A stretch of DNA of 64,000 nucleotides, taken from IMG/VR virus record IMGVR_UViG_3300045015_000053. The stretch is one strand, 5' to 3'. Positions 27,013 to 36,958 of the stretch are shown here, piece by piece; position 1 is the first letter of the stretch, and every line of letters starts with the position of its first letter. This stretch comes from a virus. Its lineage: Duplodnaviria > Caudoviricetes. The notes under the pieces are model-generated. The model was given only the letters and a program-made list of their open reading frames with translations. It was not told where the DNA came from and ran no database searches. Made by a program: the position numbers and the translations under genes.

Positions 27013-28593
27013 ATGGGCCTCAAACTCGACAAGAACGAATTCCCTGCCAATCACGTCGCCGAAGACTTCCAGTGCTTCGGCCCGCCCGCTCTGAAGGACG
27101 GCGAGTTCGACACCGTGAAGATCGCCGACCTCGGCTGTTTCACCCAAGACGGCAAGGACAGCAACAAGTATTACCACTGCGCTGTAGTCAAGTCTCGCAA
27201 GACCGGCGAGTGGGGCGTCTACAAAGAGTGGGCGCGTACCGGCTCCAAGAATCCGAACTTTCAGTTCGTGATGTGTTCGAGCGAAGCCGAAGCCCAACGC
27301 GAATTTGCCTCCCAACTTCACGAGAAAAACGACCGTCGCGGCGAGTGGACCGTCGTCGGCGGCATCCGCGTCCTCCGCGCCAAAGCGGGCAAGGATTGCT
27401 ACCTCGTTCGCGCACAAGCGACCCGTTCAACCGGACTGCCCGACGCCAAGTGCATCAAGGCCAACGACGGCGCACCCAAGCCCGTGGCGGAAGCCAAAAA
27501 GACGGACGCTGCCCCGACAACTGCCAAGCGGCGTTCGGACACTCATACCCTTTCGTTGCTCCGCGATTTGGGGCAGGCGACGGTGAGCTACACCCGTGGC
27601 AGCATGGCCGACAGCAGCCTGCCGACCCAGACCGCCATTGACGAGGCGCGGAGCTTCCTCGGCGAAGCCAAGAAGCGGCTGAAGGTAGTCGGTCCCAACG
27701 AAGATGATCAGGTGAAGGACAAGGCTCTCGTTGACTTGACGAGTCTCATGTACGGTCGCATCCCGAAAAAGAAGGCTCTGCACTGCCCGCCGAAGGACTG
27801 GATTCTCAGTGCCGGCAACATCGGCGCGTGGGAACTCGACCTCGATGCCTTCGAGTCGGCTCTCCACACCGAGCAACAGACGGAACAACAGGTTTCCGAC
27901 CCGCTCGACGGCCAACCGTTCTTCCTCGAATGGATGGACCCGAAGTCGAAGGAAGGGGACTGGCTGTACAAGTGGTGGCCGAACGCCACCCGCAACCGCC
28001 ACGGTCACGTCGGCTCGATGAAGATCAAAAACCTCTGGCGGGTCGAACGTTTCGGCGACCGCGACCTGATCGAGAAGTCGCAGACCGCGATCCTCAAGAG
28101 TAAGTTCTCGATCACCGAGAGGGCTTTGCACCAGCCGAAAGAACGCGCGGACCTCGCCGAGAAGGACTTCCAGCGGTATCGGGACACGAACACCGCGATG
28201 TTGTTCCACGGCACGCGGCGGGTGAACGTGACGGGCATCCTCCGCGAGATGCTGCGGTTGCCGAAGCATCTGGTGGGCGTCGTGATCACCGGGGCCATGT
28301 TCGGCGGCGGCTGTTACTGGGCCGACGACTGGAAGAAGTCTGCCGGCTACACGGACGGCGGCTACTACGACCGGGGCGGCAGCGGCGGCAATCGCGGGTG
28401 CTTCATGTTCGTCGGGGACGTAGTTCTCGGCAACCCGTGGGTCGCGCCGTCGAGCGGCGGCTACACCGGCCCGCCGAAGGGCCACCACTGCATCTTCGGC
28501 AAGGCCGGACACAGCGGCGTCCAGAACAACGAGTGGATCACCTTCGAGCGGAACCACATGGAACTCCGCTACCTCGCCGAGTTCACCAGTTGA
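27013..28593 (+). CDS. PARP-like ADP-ribosyltransferase with WGR-like N-terminal domain
   Basis: EWAR.G; catalytic H-Y-E pattern MLFHGT, GCYWAD..KSAGY, NNEW. Confidence 0.85.
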   Translation: MGLKLDKNEFPANHVAEDFQCFGPPALKDGEFDTVKIADLGCFTQDGKDSNKYYHCAVVKSRKTGEWGVYKEWARTGSKNPNFQFVMCSSEAEAQREFASQLHEKNDRRGEWTVVGGIRVLRAKAGKDCYLVRAQATRSTGLPDAKCIKANDGAPKPVAEAKKTDAAPTTAKRRSDTHTLSLLRDLGQATVSYTRGSMADSSLPTQTAIDEARSFLGEAKKRLKVVGPNEDDQVKDKALVDLTSLMYGRIPKKKALHCPPKDWILSAGNIGAWELDLDAFESALHTEQQTEQQVSDPLDGQPFFLEWMDPKSKEGDWLYKWWPNATRNRHGHVGSMKIKNLWRVERFGDRDLIEKSQTAILKSKFSITERALHQPKERADLAEKDFQRYRDTNTAMLFHGTRRVNVTGILREMLRLPKHLVGVVITGAMFGGGCYWADDWKKSAGYTDGGYYDRGGSGGNRGCFMFVGDVVLGNPWVAPSSGGYTGPPKGHHCIFGKAGHSGVQNNEWITFERNHMELRYLAEFTS

Positions 28594-28652
28594 AGTTAAC
28601 TTTCATCGAGAATATCCCTAAAAACGGGATATTCTCGATGAAAGTTAACTTC
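28592..28652. repeat. 27-bp perfect inverted repeat with 7-nt loop
   Basis: GAAGTTAACTTTCATCGAGAATATCCC-TAAAAAC-reverse complement. Confidence 0.9.
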
Positions 28653-28663
28653 GGAGACATCAC

Positions 28664-28912
28664 ATGGATTTCCCAGAAGACGAGATGGATTTTCAACGAG
28701 CTTGGTCGTTGGTCGCCGGTGAACTTTACGGCGTCAAGCAGTGCATTGTTGAAACCGAAAAGCGTGCGTGTGTGGCGTTCGCGCGGCGTCAAGACGCGGT
28801 CGCAAATGCTCTGCGTGATTTGACCGACGAACTCGCCCGCAAACGTGACAGTCTTTCCGAACAGGTTCAGGGGTACATCAACGAAAACCGGCGGCGGAAA
28901 GCTCTCGTTTAG
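28664..28912 (+). CDS. Hypothetical protein flanked by direct repeats
   Basis: RBS GGAG; AA(C/T)TTCGGAGACATC on both sides. Confidence 0.65.
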   Translation: MDFPEDEMDFQRAWSLVAGELYGVKQCIVETEKRACVAFARRQDAVANALRDLTDELARKRDSLSEQVQGYINENRRRKALV

Positions 28913-28927
28913 CGCAATTTCGGAGAC
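28912..28927 (+). repeat. Intergenic motif GCGCA(A/G)T(T/C)TCGGAGAC, copy 1 (others at 30156, 32059, 39191; partial at 28647)
   Basis: Direct sequence comparison. Confidence 0.85.
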
Positions 28928-28973
28928 ATCGGTTTTGCTCGCTTTTTGGGTATGAACCTCTTTGGAGAAGGCC

Positions 28974-29198
28974 ATGCCAATCGAACAGATCGAAACCGAA
29001 ATCACCGTGGGCGACATCCTCGACCGCATCGCGCAGGGTCGCCTGAGCCGCGACACGAAGGTCAAACTCGTGATGAACCACGTTCACGAGGAGCCGCCGC
29101 TGGACTTCAAACTGTTCAACGTGGCTTCGGTCACTTCGGACGGTGACGAACACGGACTCTACGTTGTGGTCGAAAGCCGCCGCCAACCAGTGGAGTGA
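28974..29198 (+). CDS. Hypothetical protein
   Basis: RBS GGAG, ATG 28974. Confidence 0.65.
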   Translation: MPIEQIETEITVGDILDRIAQGRLSRDTKVKLVMNHVHEEPPLDFKLFNVASVTSDGDEHGLYVVVESRRQPVE

Positions 29199-29201
29199 GC
29201 C

Positions 29202-29555
29202 ATGACACGCGACATGAAGGCCACGATGCCTTACATCCACTACTCCAACCCGATCTGGGACAAACCTCGGACGATCTGGGGCGCGGCCGAAGAAGGGCTT
29301 CAGTACGAGTACAGCGACCGGCTTTGGCAGTGGGACCGGGCGAAGGCAGAAGACGCGAGCAAGAAGGCGGCGAAGAAGGCGGGCAAGGCGTTTACGCCCA
29401 AGTACATTCAGGAGTTCTTGAAGGTGCTGTTGGGCGAGCCGGTGGAACTGCTGCACATCAAGGGCGGCGTCAACACCAACGGCTACACCTATTACATCTA
29501 CGGGTTCCGGGTCAAGGAAAAGGCCGTCAAGAAGAAGAAGGTGTCAAGTGAATGA
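29202..29555 (+). CDS. Hypothetical protein
   Basis: Coupled ORF with phage codon style. Confidence 0.65.
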   Translation: MTRDMKATMPYIHYSNPIWDKPRTIWGAAEEGLQYEYSDRLWQWDRAKAEDASKKAAKKAGKAFTPKYIQEFLKVLLGEPVELLHIKGGVNTNGYTYYIYGFRVKEKAVKKKKVSSE

Positions 29556-30156
29556 CATCCCGCTCGCCAAGCCGAAACTCTTCGAGTTCACGAAGGTTCC
29601 GGCCGTCATTCTCGCGGCCAAGACGCCCGTCACCGAGGCGTTGTTCGTCAAGATCGTCGGGAAGGCGAACGTCGAACACTTGCAATGGGTGATCGGGAAC
29701 TACTGGGAACAGAAGATTTCCCGGCTCGACACCGACGCTCTCTACGAGGAACTTCGCATCCTGTTCCACAGTAAACGCCGTGCGAAGCGGACGATGAACG
29801 AGACGCGGGACGAGATCGCCTCCCGCGTGATCGAGTGCGACTGGGGCCGCATTTGGAAGACCTTCAAGCAGAAGGTCGAACGGTGCTTGTGGAAACACCC
29901 GAAGACGAAAGGACTCGTGGCACAGACGATCCAGCTACACGGCGCGGACCTTGTCATCGAAGAAAACAGCACTTGCGAGGTGCATTTCGAGGGCAAGGGT
30001 TACACGGTGGACATCGAGGGCCGACGCAGCATCGTGGGCAACTTGACTTCCGTCAACCGTGACAAGACCCGCGTGATGAACGTCAAAAACAGGTTCGTGG
30101 GCAGGACGTTTTGGCAGTGTCAGGGACGCAGCCACGTCGTCTACCAAGAAAAGTAG
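29548..30156 (+). CDS. Hypothetical protein
   Basis: Coupled ORF ending TAG at the repeat motif. Confidence 0.7.
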   Translation: MNDIPLAKPKLFEFTKVPAVILAAKTPVTEALFVKIVGKANVEHLQWVIGNYWEQKISRLDTDALYEELRILFHSKRRAKRTMNETRDEIASRVIECDWGRIWKTFKQKVERCLWKHPKTKGLVAQTIQLHGADLVIEENSTCEVHFEGKGYTVDIEGRRSIVGNLTSVNRDKTRVMNVKNRFVGRTFWQCQGRSHVVYQEK

Positions 30157-30234
30157 CGCAATCTCGGAGACACAATCTCCGAGAGCTTGTTGGTGGTGGG
30201 TACGAATCCAAAACCTTGCAAAACTGGTGCTGAC

Positions 30235-30921
30235 ATGGGCGTCGATGCGAAGATCTATCTGCCGGGCAACGTGCGTCTGAGTACGGTCGTGGAAGTGGTC
30301 GCACGGTTGCTGGACGCGCCGGCGGTCTACAAGAAGCTCGAACCGGAGAAGCCCAAATCAACTTCGTGGCATGCCTCGATTCCCGAAGGCGTGGTAGAGT
30401 ACCGCAACACCGTGCAGGGTCTGGTGGGCGTCACCATCGGCCAGATCAACCCCGCCCTTCGCGGCAGCGAACACTTCCCGTTCAGCTACCACTATGAGTT
30501 CGGCGGCTATAAGGGCATGGGCGCGTGTCGGGGCATGATCCTTCGTTCGTGGGACTGCAACATTGCGATCCTGCGTGGCCTCGCCGACTTCTTCGGCGGC
30601 ATCGTGGACCATCAAGACTGCGACGACGAGGAGCGTGACTACGTCGTCGCGGACAAGCCCGACAACATGAACTGCCCGGAAGATGGTCGCGCGTGGCAGT
30701 TCCTGCAAGAACGTATCATGGCCGTCGAACCGCTCACACAGGAGCAGATCGACGCTTGCGACCAGTACGCCGCTTACCACGAGAACGTCGGCGAACGCAC
30801 CAAGCGGCTCGCAATGAAGAAGAAGACTTCTGCGTCCATCGCCGTCGAAACACTGGCGAAGGAGTTGGGCAAGTCGGTCGATTTCGTTACAGCCCTTCTT
30901 AGGAACGGGGGTGCGATGTGA
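30235..30921 (+). CDS. Hypothetical protein
   Basis: ATG 30235; in frame with the upstream TAG. Confidence 0.7.
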   Translation: MGVDAKIYLPGNVRLSTVVEVVARLLDAPAVYKKLEPEKPKSTSWHASIPEGVVEYRNTVQGLVGVTIGQINPALRGSEHFPFSYHYEFGGYKGMGACRGMILRSWDCNIAILRGLADFFGGIVDHQDCDDEERDYVVADKPDNMNCPEDGRAWQFLQERIMAVEPLTQEQIDACDQYAAYHENVGERTKRLAMKKKTSASIAVETLAKELGKSVDFVTALLRNGGAM

Positions 30922-31382
30922 GCGACTACGACCGCCTCGCCGAGTTGTTCCGAGACGAGTTCTACACCCACCCACAAGGCGGTGGGGCGGCTCTGAAGGC
31001 CCGCATCGATTCGGGCGAGGTGAAGTTCAAGTTCGCGCCGAAGAACTGGCGTGAGGACTGGTACTCGGACCCCTACTTCAAGGTGTCGGTCCCGGTCGCG
31101 TTGAGCATCGCTTCTGCCCTCGCCGGGCCGTTGAACTTCGAGATCTACTACACACCGGACTTCGACTTCCATCACGTCCGGTTCGAGTACGACGGCGACA
31201 CTTACGCCGTCCAGTGGTACAAGGTGTTCGTCCTCTACCGCAAGAGCGACGGCAAGCAGTGTTCGTTCGCCTACGACCGTTACAGCATCGCCCCATTCTT
31301 CCGCCGGGGCGATCACAAGAACGATAAGTTCTGGTTCGACGGCGGAAGGTTTGCCACCCCGTTTAAGGAACAAGAATCATGA
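30918..31382 (+). CDS. Hypothetical protein
   Basis: GTGA coupled. Confidence 0.65.
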   Translation: MSDYDRLAELFRDEFYTHPQGGGAALKARIDSGEVKFKFAPKNWREDWYSDPYFKVSVPVALSIASALAGPLNFEIYYTPDFDFHHVRFEYDGDTYAVQWYKVFVLYRKSDGKQCSFAYDRYSIAPFFRRGDHKNDKFWFDGGRFATPFKEQES

Positions 31383-32056
31383 GTAAGACACTTGACACCC
31401 TGCTCGTCGCGGGGATTCAGAACGCCATCGACGCCAAAGTCGGGGCGTGCGACATGTTCACCGCGTTCGGCGTTTCGAGAGCCGTTCAGCAGACCGGCGT
31501 CAAAGAGCGTCACAACAACATGAAGCACGTCGTCCACGAATACTTCGAGAGCGGCGCGATGCCGGGCTACGACCGCACCCTCGTTCGCGTGGACCCGTCC
31601 AAGCCGGAAGCGTGGGTGTACCACCCGACAGGCACCGACGCCACAACGTACCGGCCGAGCTACCAGCCGCTGCCCTCGCCCGGAACGACACCGCAATCGT
31701 TCTACGCGGCGAACCAGCCGACCTCGGCCCCCGCGCCGACGCCGAACCCGTCGATCAGTTCGGTGTCGTTCCAGCCGCCGGCCGCGAAGCACAAGCCCGA
31801 CCAACGGGGGGCCGTGACCGTGCCTGCGAAGGTAATCGTGGGCATCGGCGCGAAGGCGGGTGACGTTCTGGACGTGGTGGTTGACGGGGACAAGATCGTC
31901 GTCTCCAAAGACGGCACGACCGGCCGGAAGTACGTCGTCAACACCTCGAACAATATCCGCATCAAGCGTCGGACGTGGTCGCAGATCGTCAAGACGACCA
32001 CCGGCGACTTCGACTTCGCCGAGAGCAACGGGCAGATCGTCGTCACCCACAAATGA
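31379..32056 (+). CDS. Protein with C-terminal AbrB/MazE-like beta units
   Basis: DQRGAVTVP..GDVLDVVVDGDKIVV. Confidence 0.55.
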   Translation: MSKTLDTLLVAGIQNAIDAKVGACDMFTAFGVSRAVQQTGVKERHNNMKHVVHEYFESGAMPGYDRTLVRVDPSKPEAWVYHPTGTDATTYRPSYQPLPSPGTTPQSFYAANQPTSAPAPTPNPSISSVSFQPPAAKHKPDQRGAVTVPAKVIVGIGAKAGDVLDVVVDGDKIVVSKDGTTGRKYVVNTSNNIRIKRRTWSQIVKTTTGDFDFAESNGQIVVTHK

Positions 32057-32132
32057 CGGCGCAATTTCGGAGACTCGTCAACTAGAGGCGTGTGCCTGAT
32101 GGACACGCCTCTAATCTTTTGGAGTTCCTGCC

Positions 32133-32372
32133 ATGATGTTCGACGGACAACGATGGGTGATCAGTCACAAGGTCGTTCCTCTTCCACACGACATGTGGCA
32201 GGGCGACTCGAAGAACTACGTCACCTTCGGGCGAATTGTCGCTCGGAACACCCCCGGCGCGATCAAGACGACCCGCGTTTACCGACACTCGTACCCCCGA
32301 AACCTCTGGGGTGCGGATACTCAACCGGAGCCGGACGGGTACGAGGAGAAGACCGGCGTACTGGAGATCTGA
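32133..32372 (+). CDS. Small hypothetical protein
   Basis: RBS GGAG before ATG. Confidence 0.55.
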   Translation: MMFDGQRWVISHKVVPLPHDMWQGDSKNYVTFGRIVARNTPGAIKTTRVYRHSYPRNLWGADTQPEPDGYEEKTGVLEI

Positions 32373-32442
32373 CCTATATTGAAAGCTGTCTACTGAAGGC
32401 TCGCACTCGCGAGCCGGGTCAACCCCTGATCTTGGAGAAGCG

Positions 32443-32712
32443 ATGAACGGTCTGCCCCAACAAGCCGAAGCCGTGATCGGCCAGATTACCGACGAGAACG
32501 CCAAGAAGTCGGAGCCGATTATTCTGTCTTGGAAGGGAACCAAGACGCCGCGAGGACTGTCCATCAACGGTGTCCAGATTGCGTGGGCGAAAAACGGCAT
32601 CGTCACCGGCGTGAACGGTGAGATGCTCGGCACCTACGCCCGCACCAAAGAGTTTGCCGGTCCAAACAGGGATGAACACGCGATGATCGTCATCCCCCGT
32701 CCAGCAAAATAG
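32443..32712 (+). CDS. Small hypothetical protein
   Basis: RBS GGAG before ATG; ends TAG. Confidence 0.6.
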   Translation: MNGLPQQAEAVIGQITDENAKKSEPIILSWKGTKTPRGLSINGVQIAWAKNGIVTGVNGEMLGTYARTKEFAGPNRDEHAMIVIPRPAK

Positions 32713-32721
32713 GAGAAGTCC

Positions 32722-33811
32722 ATGTTCACTCTCGCCGAAGCGATGAAGGCTCTGGAAGGACGTGAGGAGTTCGCCGTCAAGAAGAAGGACGGTCTGACCG
32801 TGATCAACTATCTGATCACGCTGCCCGATTCGTTCGTTGGCATCCGCGAGAACTTCCGTGGCGTCGTGTTCGATGACGCGACCGGCGAGATCGTCTCTTT
32901 GCCGCTCCATAAGTTCTACAACGTAAACCAAAAGGAACACACCCAGATCGGGCTGATCGGGGAACAAGAATGTCGCGTCCTCGAAAAGTTCGACGGAACG
33001 ATGTGCCACGCGCTGAAGGTCGGCGACCAAATCGTTCTGGCAAGTCGCATGGGGTGGGATAGCTCCCAAGCAATTGCGGCGACAAAGCTGATGTCGCGGC
33101 TGCCACGCCTGTCCGCAGGTGTTGCACGCGAAGTCAACGAGGGTCGAACGCCGATCTTCGAGTACGTCGGGCCTAACAACCCGGTGGTGCTACACTACAA
33201 GACCGAGGATCTCGTTTACCTGTGGTCACGCGACCGTAAGACCGGGGAGTACACGCGCAACGAAGAGATCATGAAGACGCAATCGTCCCCCACAGAACGC
33301 CGCATGCTCATCAAGGACGTGATGGCCGAAGTCGCGGTGCTGAAGGACAAGGAAGGGTTCGTGTGCGTTCTGCCGGGGATGTGGGTGAAGGCGAAGTGTC
33401 CGTGGTACTTGGACCGTCATCAGGCGTTCGACATGCTGATGACGGTCCAAGTACCGGCTCTACGAGGTCGGGTTGCAAGGGAAGCTGGACGACCTGATCG
33501 CGCAGTGTGCGGACCTGTACAAGCCGAAGTTGGAGAAGATTTTGGTTGAAGTCGGTCGCGACCAAATTCGTCTTCACCGCGAGCTTCGCAGCGAGTATGA
33601 TGCGTTGGTCGAGCAAGTTCCTCCGGTCGAAACGGAACACGAGCGTCGTAAGACGTTTGTGTTTCTGGCGAAGCCCAGTCCGAATTTCGGCGGGCTTATG
33701 ACGCTGTACAGCGGCCGGGAGATCGACGGGTGGGTGAACGCCCGCTTGTTCGACCAATACAAGGCGACTTATACGGGTCGCCTGTTCGCCGATCTCTCTG
33801 ACGATTCGTGA
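32722..33811 (+). CDS. T4 Rnl1-like RNA ligase with an apparent +1 frame break near 33442
   Basis: RG, KFYN, EKFDGT, FEYVGPNN, EGFV, VKAK. The C-terminal domain (..LQGKLDDL..) continues in the +1 frame. Confidence 0.8.
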
Positions 33812-33818
33812 GGCTCGC

Positions 33819-34640
33819 ATGAAATCCAAATTCTCTGTCGAAAGCGGTGAGCTTTCGATAACCGTAGAGGATGTCGGCCACGAAGAGGCCGCGAAGCAAG
33901 CCCTGAAAATCTGGCAAGCCGCCGAGGAACGCCTTTGTCTCGGCGGCTTGCTCACCGTTAAGGGCAAACCCAAGAAACTCGGAGAACGTATCTTCTCGAC
34001 AGCCACCGTTTTGGCCGAACTGGGCATCAACTTTTTCAAGAACGCCGAAGACCTGATGACCATGCCCCCGGCCAAGCCCAAGATCACGAAGACCGAAGAC
34101 ATCGCCACCGAGAAGTGGCTCGCCCTCAAGCGGCTGCACTACAAGTGGCCCGGCGGCAAGAACATGGTCTGGGACTTCGTCACGCGGCCCACCCGCAAGG
34201 GCAAGCACGATGCCGTGGTCGTCGTCCCGTTTCTCAAGAACCCGAACCGGCTGGTAGTCACCCGCGAGTTCAGGCTGCCGATCAACGACTTCGAGATCGG
34301 CTTCTGCGCGGGCCTGATCGACGGGACTGAAACACCGGAGCAGGCCGCGCGACGGGAACTGAAAGAAGAAACCGGACTCGAACTGAAGAAGGTGTTGTCC
34401 GTCAGCCCGCCACTGTTCAGTTCGCCCGGCATGACGAACGAGAACGTGGTGATGGTCTTCTGCGAGGCGGAAGGCCAGTTAGTCGGCGTAGACTCGGACG
34501 AAGAACACATCGAGGCTTTTGTCCTCGATCTCAAGGGCGTAGAAGAAGTTCTCAGGAAACCACCATGCTCCATGAGCCAGAAGCTCTGGCCCGTGCTGTG
34601 CATGATGAAACAACAAGGATTCATCGGATGGAAAGCTTGA
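33819..34640 (+). CDS. NUDIX hydrolase (ADP-ribose pyrophosphatase-like) with N-terminal extension
   Basis: REFR.P, AGLIDGTETPEQAARRELKEETG Nudix box, SPGMTNE. Confidence 0.88.
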   Translation: MKSKFSVESGELSITVEDVGHEEAAKQALKIWQAAEERLCLGGLLTVKGKPKKLGERIFSTATVLAELGINFFKNAEDLMTMPPAKPKITKTEDIATEKWLALKRLHYKWPGGKNMVWDFVTRPTRKGKHDAVVVVPFLKNPNRLVVTREFRLPINDFEIGFCAGLIDGTETPEQAARRELKEETGLELKKVLSVSPPLFSSPGMTNENVVMVFCEAEGQLVGVDSDEEHIEAFVLDLKGVEEVLRKPPCSMSQKLWPVLCMMKQQGFIGWKA

Positions 34641-35614
34641 AATCAAAGGTCAAGGGGATGCTGTACGGGGTAGCTGTGGGTGACGCCCTCGGTCAGCCCC
34701 ACGAAATGAAGCCGCCCCTCGGTCATCCCGTCACGGATTACCCGGACACGGGAGGTCGCACGACCGACGACTGGCAGTTGACGCGGGCGATGGCTCGCGG
34801 TCTGATCGTCGGTCGCGGGTTCGACATGCCGACCTTGATCAAAGAACACGTCGCGGCCTACAAGACGACGACACGCGGGTGGGGCGGCGCACACCGGAAC
34901 GCCTGCGAAGGTCTGAGTAAGGGTGTGTCGCCGAAGGAAACCGGCAAACTCGCGCTCGATCCGGCGAAGCCGTATCGCGGACGCGGCAACGGTATGTGCA
35001 TGAAGATCTCCCCGCTCGCGGCCTACCACTTCGTCAAGAAGCAGAGCCTCGAACAACGAATGCCGACAGTGGCCGAACTCACCATGATGACCCACGCCAC
35101 CGGCATGGGCTTGGCGAGCGCAGCCGCGATGGAGGCCGCACTGTTCTACTGTCTCGGCGTGTCACCGCAGGACTTCGACCGGAACGACTTCCTCGCTATG
35201 GCTTCGGCAAGTGCGGGGTACGCCGAGTCGTGGGTGGTCAACGAGGAGAACCCGCCCGCAGAGAAGTTGTCCGAACGCCTTAGTCAGTTGGCGAAGATCG
35301 ACTGGAACAATTTCGGGCCGGAAGAAATCATCGCCGAGTACAAGGGCGGCGGGTACGTCTACGAGAGCCTGCCGTTCTCGCTGGCCTTCTTCTGTTTGGG
35401 GAAGCAAGACCTGAACTGCGTTTACGACTGCGTCGGCAGCGGCGGCGACACCGACACCAACGGCTCGATGGTGGCGGCTCTGGTCGGCGCACTTCAAGGC
35501 GAAGGAATTTTTCCCGAAAAGCTGCTTTACAAACTCAACGACTTTGTCGATATTGACCAAGTCACTGAGGCGTTCGCCGACTGGTGCAAGATCCAGACGC
35601 CTCCAGTCAACTGA
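34628..35614 (+). CDS. ADP-ribosylglycohydrolase (DraG/ARH family)
   Basis: GDALG, TTDD, GNG, TH, GGDTDT. Confidence 0.92.
   Translation: MESLKSKVKGMLYGVAVGDALGQPHEMKPPLGHPVTDYPDTGGRTTDDWQLTRAMARGLIVGRGFDMPTLIKEHVAAYKTTTRGWGGAHRNACEGLSKGVSPKETGKLALDPAKPYRGRGNGMCMKISPLAAYHFVKKQSLEQRMPTVAELTMMTHATGMGLASAAAMEAALFYCLGVSPQDFDRNDFLAMASASAGYAESWVVNEENPPAEKLSERLSQLAKIDWNNFGPEEIIAEYKGGGYVYESLPFSLAFFCLGKQDLNCVYDCVGSGGDTDTNGSMVAALVGALQGEGIFPEKLLYKLNDFVDIDQVTEAFADWCKIQTPPVN
35526..35557 (+). promoter_or_regulatory. Conserved phage promoter inside the 3' end of the ARH gene
   Basis: TTTACA-17 nt (ending GTC)-GATATT-GAC, same layout as 26949. Confidence 0.55.
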
Positions 35615-35665
35615 CTGTTCGGTAATGAAATGCGGTTCAATCCGGCTCCACTACAAGGGAAAGTC

Positions 35666-36283
35666 ATGAACGAGAACATCCGCCCCACCCAGAACGAGAT
35701 CGACACCGTCGTCGCGGGCATCGCGTACAACCAGATGGGCTACAACAGCCAACTGGCCGACGCGCGACTGGTCGATCTGGCCCTCGCCAAGCCCACCGCT
35801 GAAACCGCCCTCGCCACCGAGACGAACGGCGCGGACGGCGACGAGTACGACCCGGCGACCGCCGCGAAGAAGGCCGCGATCAACGCGGCAGACGCGGCGG
35901 CGGTCAAGCTGCACGCGGCAGCGGCCGAGACGATCAAGAAGCACCCGGAGCGGACGCTGCTCGCGAGCCGCCTCAACGTCAAGTTGCTCACCGGGAAGCC
36001 GGGCAACTTCTCCTTCACGAAGGAAGAAACGGACTTCATCGTCACCGGGCTTCGCGGCGTCGAACACTTCGACATCGAAGGCTCCCGCTACACCGAAGTG
36101 GTCATGAACGCGGTGGTCGGCACCCCCACCCACCTCGGTTCGGCCTACTCGCAACGTCAGTCGCAGGCCGAACGCGCCCGGCTCCAGACCGTCCGCGACG
36201 ACTTCCTCGCCCTGTTCTCGAAGTTCATCCAGTACCAGCGGGCCTTCGCCGCGACCCCGGAAACCAACAACAACGACCAGTGA
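35666..36283 (+). CDS. Ala-rich hypothetical protein
   Basis: Strong phage codon bias. Confidence 0.7.
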   Translation: MNENIRPTQNEIDTVVAGIAYNQMGYNSQLADARLVDLALAKPTAETALATETNGADGDEYDPATAAKKAAINAADAAAVKLHAAAAETIKKHPERTLLASRLNVKLLTGKPGNFSFTKEETDFIVTGLRGVEHFDIEGSRYTEVVMNAVVGTPTHLGSAYSQRQSQAERARLQTVRDDFLALFSKFIQYQRAFAATPETNNNDQ

Positions 36284-36293
36284 GTTCCGCCGA

Positions 36294-36318
36294 GGGGCGA
36301 CGGACAGTCCGTCGCCCC
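36294..36318. repeat. GC-rich 12-bp inverted repeat
   Basis: GGGGCGACGGAC-A-GTCCGTCGCCCC. Confidence 0.7.
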
Positions 36319-36352
36319 CTCATCCCCCAACCCCTTGAACATTGAGACTGCC

Positions 36353-36628
36353 ATGAACGAGACGATCTACCTGAACGCGACTGGTGCGCAGAAACTGTTC
36401 GGCCACACCAACGTGATCGGCCTCCCCTGCCGCGTCACCAACCCCGGCGACGGCAACGTGTACCACGAGGTCGTGGAAGCCTCGACCGGCGCGAAGATCG
36501 GCGGCTTCATCAGCGCGGACGACTTCTCGAAACAAGACCCCGGCGAAGGCGTGCGTAACTACGCCGTCTCGGAGTACCACGCTCACACCAAGTGGCTGAA
36601 CGAAAAGTACGGCCGGACGACCTACTGA
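36353..36628 (+). CDS. Hypothetical protein
   Basis: ATG 36353, phage codon bias. Confidence 0.65.
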   Translation: MNETIYLNATGAQKLFGHTNVIGLPCRVTNPGDGNVYHEVVEASTGAKIGGFISADDFSKQDPGEGVRNYAVSEYHAHTKWLNEKYGRTTY

Positions 36629-36658
36629 TCACACACCATCGCCCATTCGGAGAACAAG

Positions 36659-36934
36659 ATGTCTTTCTCGCTCACATGGGTAGAAGGGGTGGGGCTGGTA
36701 GTCCTCTTCCTCTTCGCCGTCCTGATGATCTGGAAACTCGGCTACCGCATCTGCATGCGGCACTACCTCGGCCTGTCGCTCGCCCTCGCCGGACTGGTGA
36801 TCGTCCTCACGAAGCAGAAACTGCTCGGACTCAACGTCGAGGGCGAGGAACGCGAATCGGTCGGCTTCATGGTGTCACTGGCCGGGGTGCTGTTGCTCTC
36901 GGCCTACAAGAAAGAACCGCCCGCAAAGACCTGA
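36659..36934 (+). CDS. Three-TM membrane protein
   Basis: Hydrophobic helices, RBS GGAG. Confidence 0.7.
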   Translation: MSFSLTWVEGVGLVVLFLFAVLMIWKLGYRICMRHYLGLSLALAGLVIVLTKQKLLGLNVEGEERESVGFMVSLAGVLLLSAYKKEPPAKT

Positions 36935-36958
36935 ACACGAGGGAACCCTGCCAACCTA

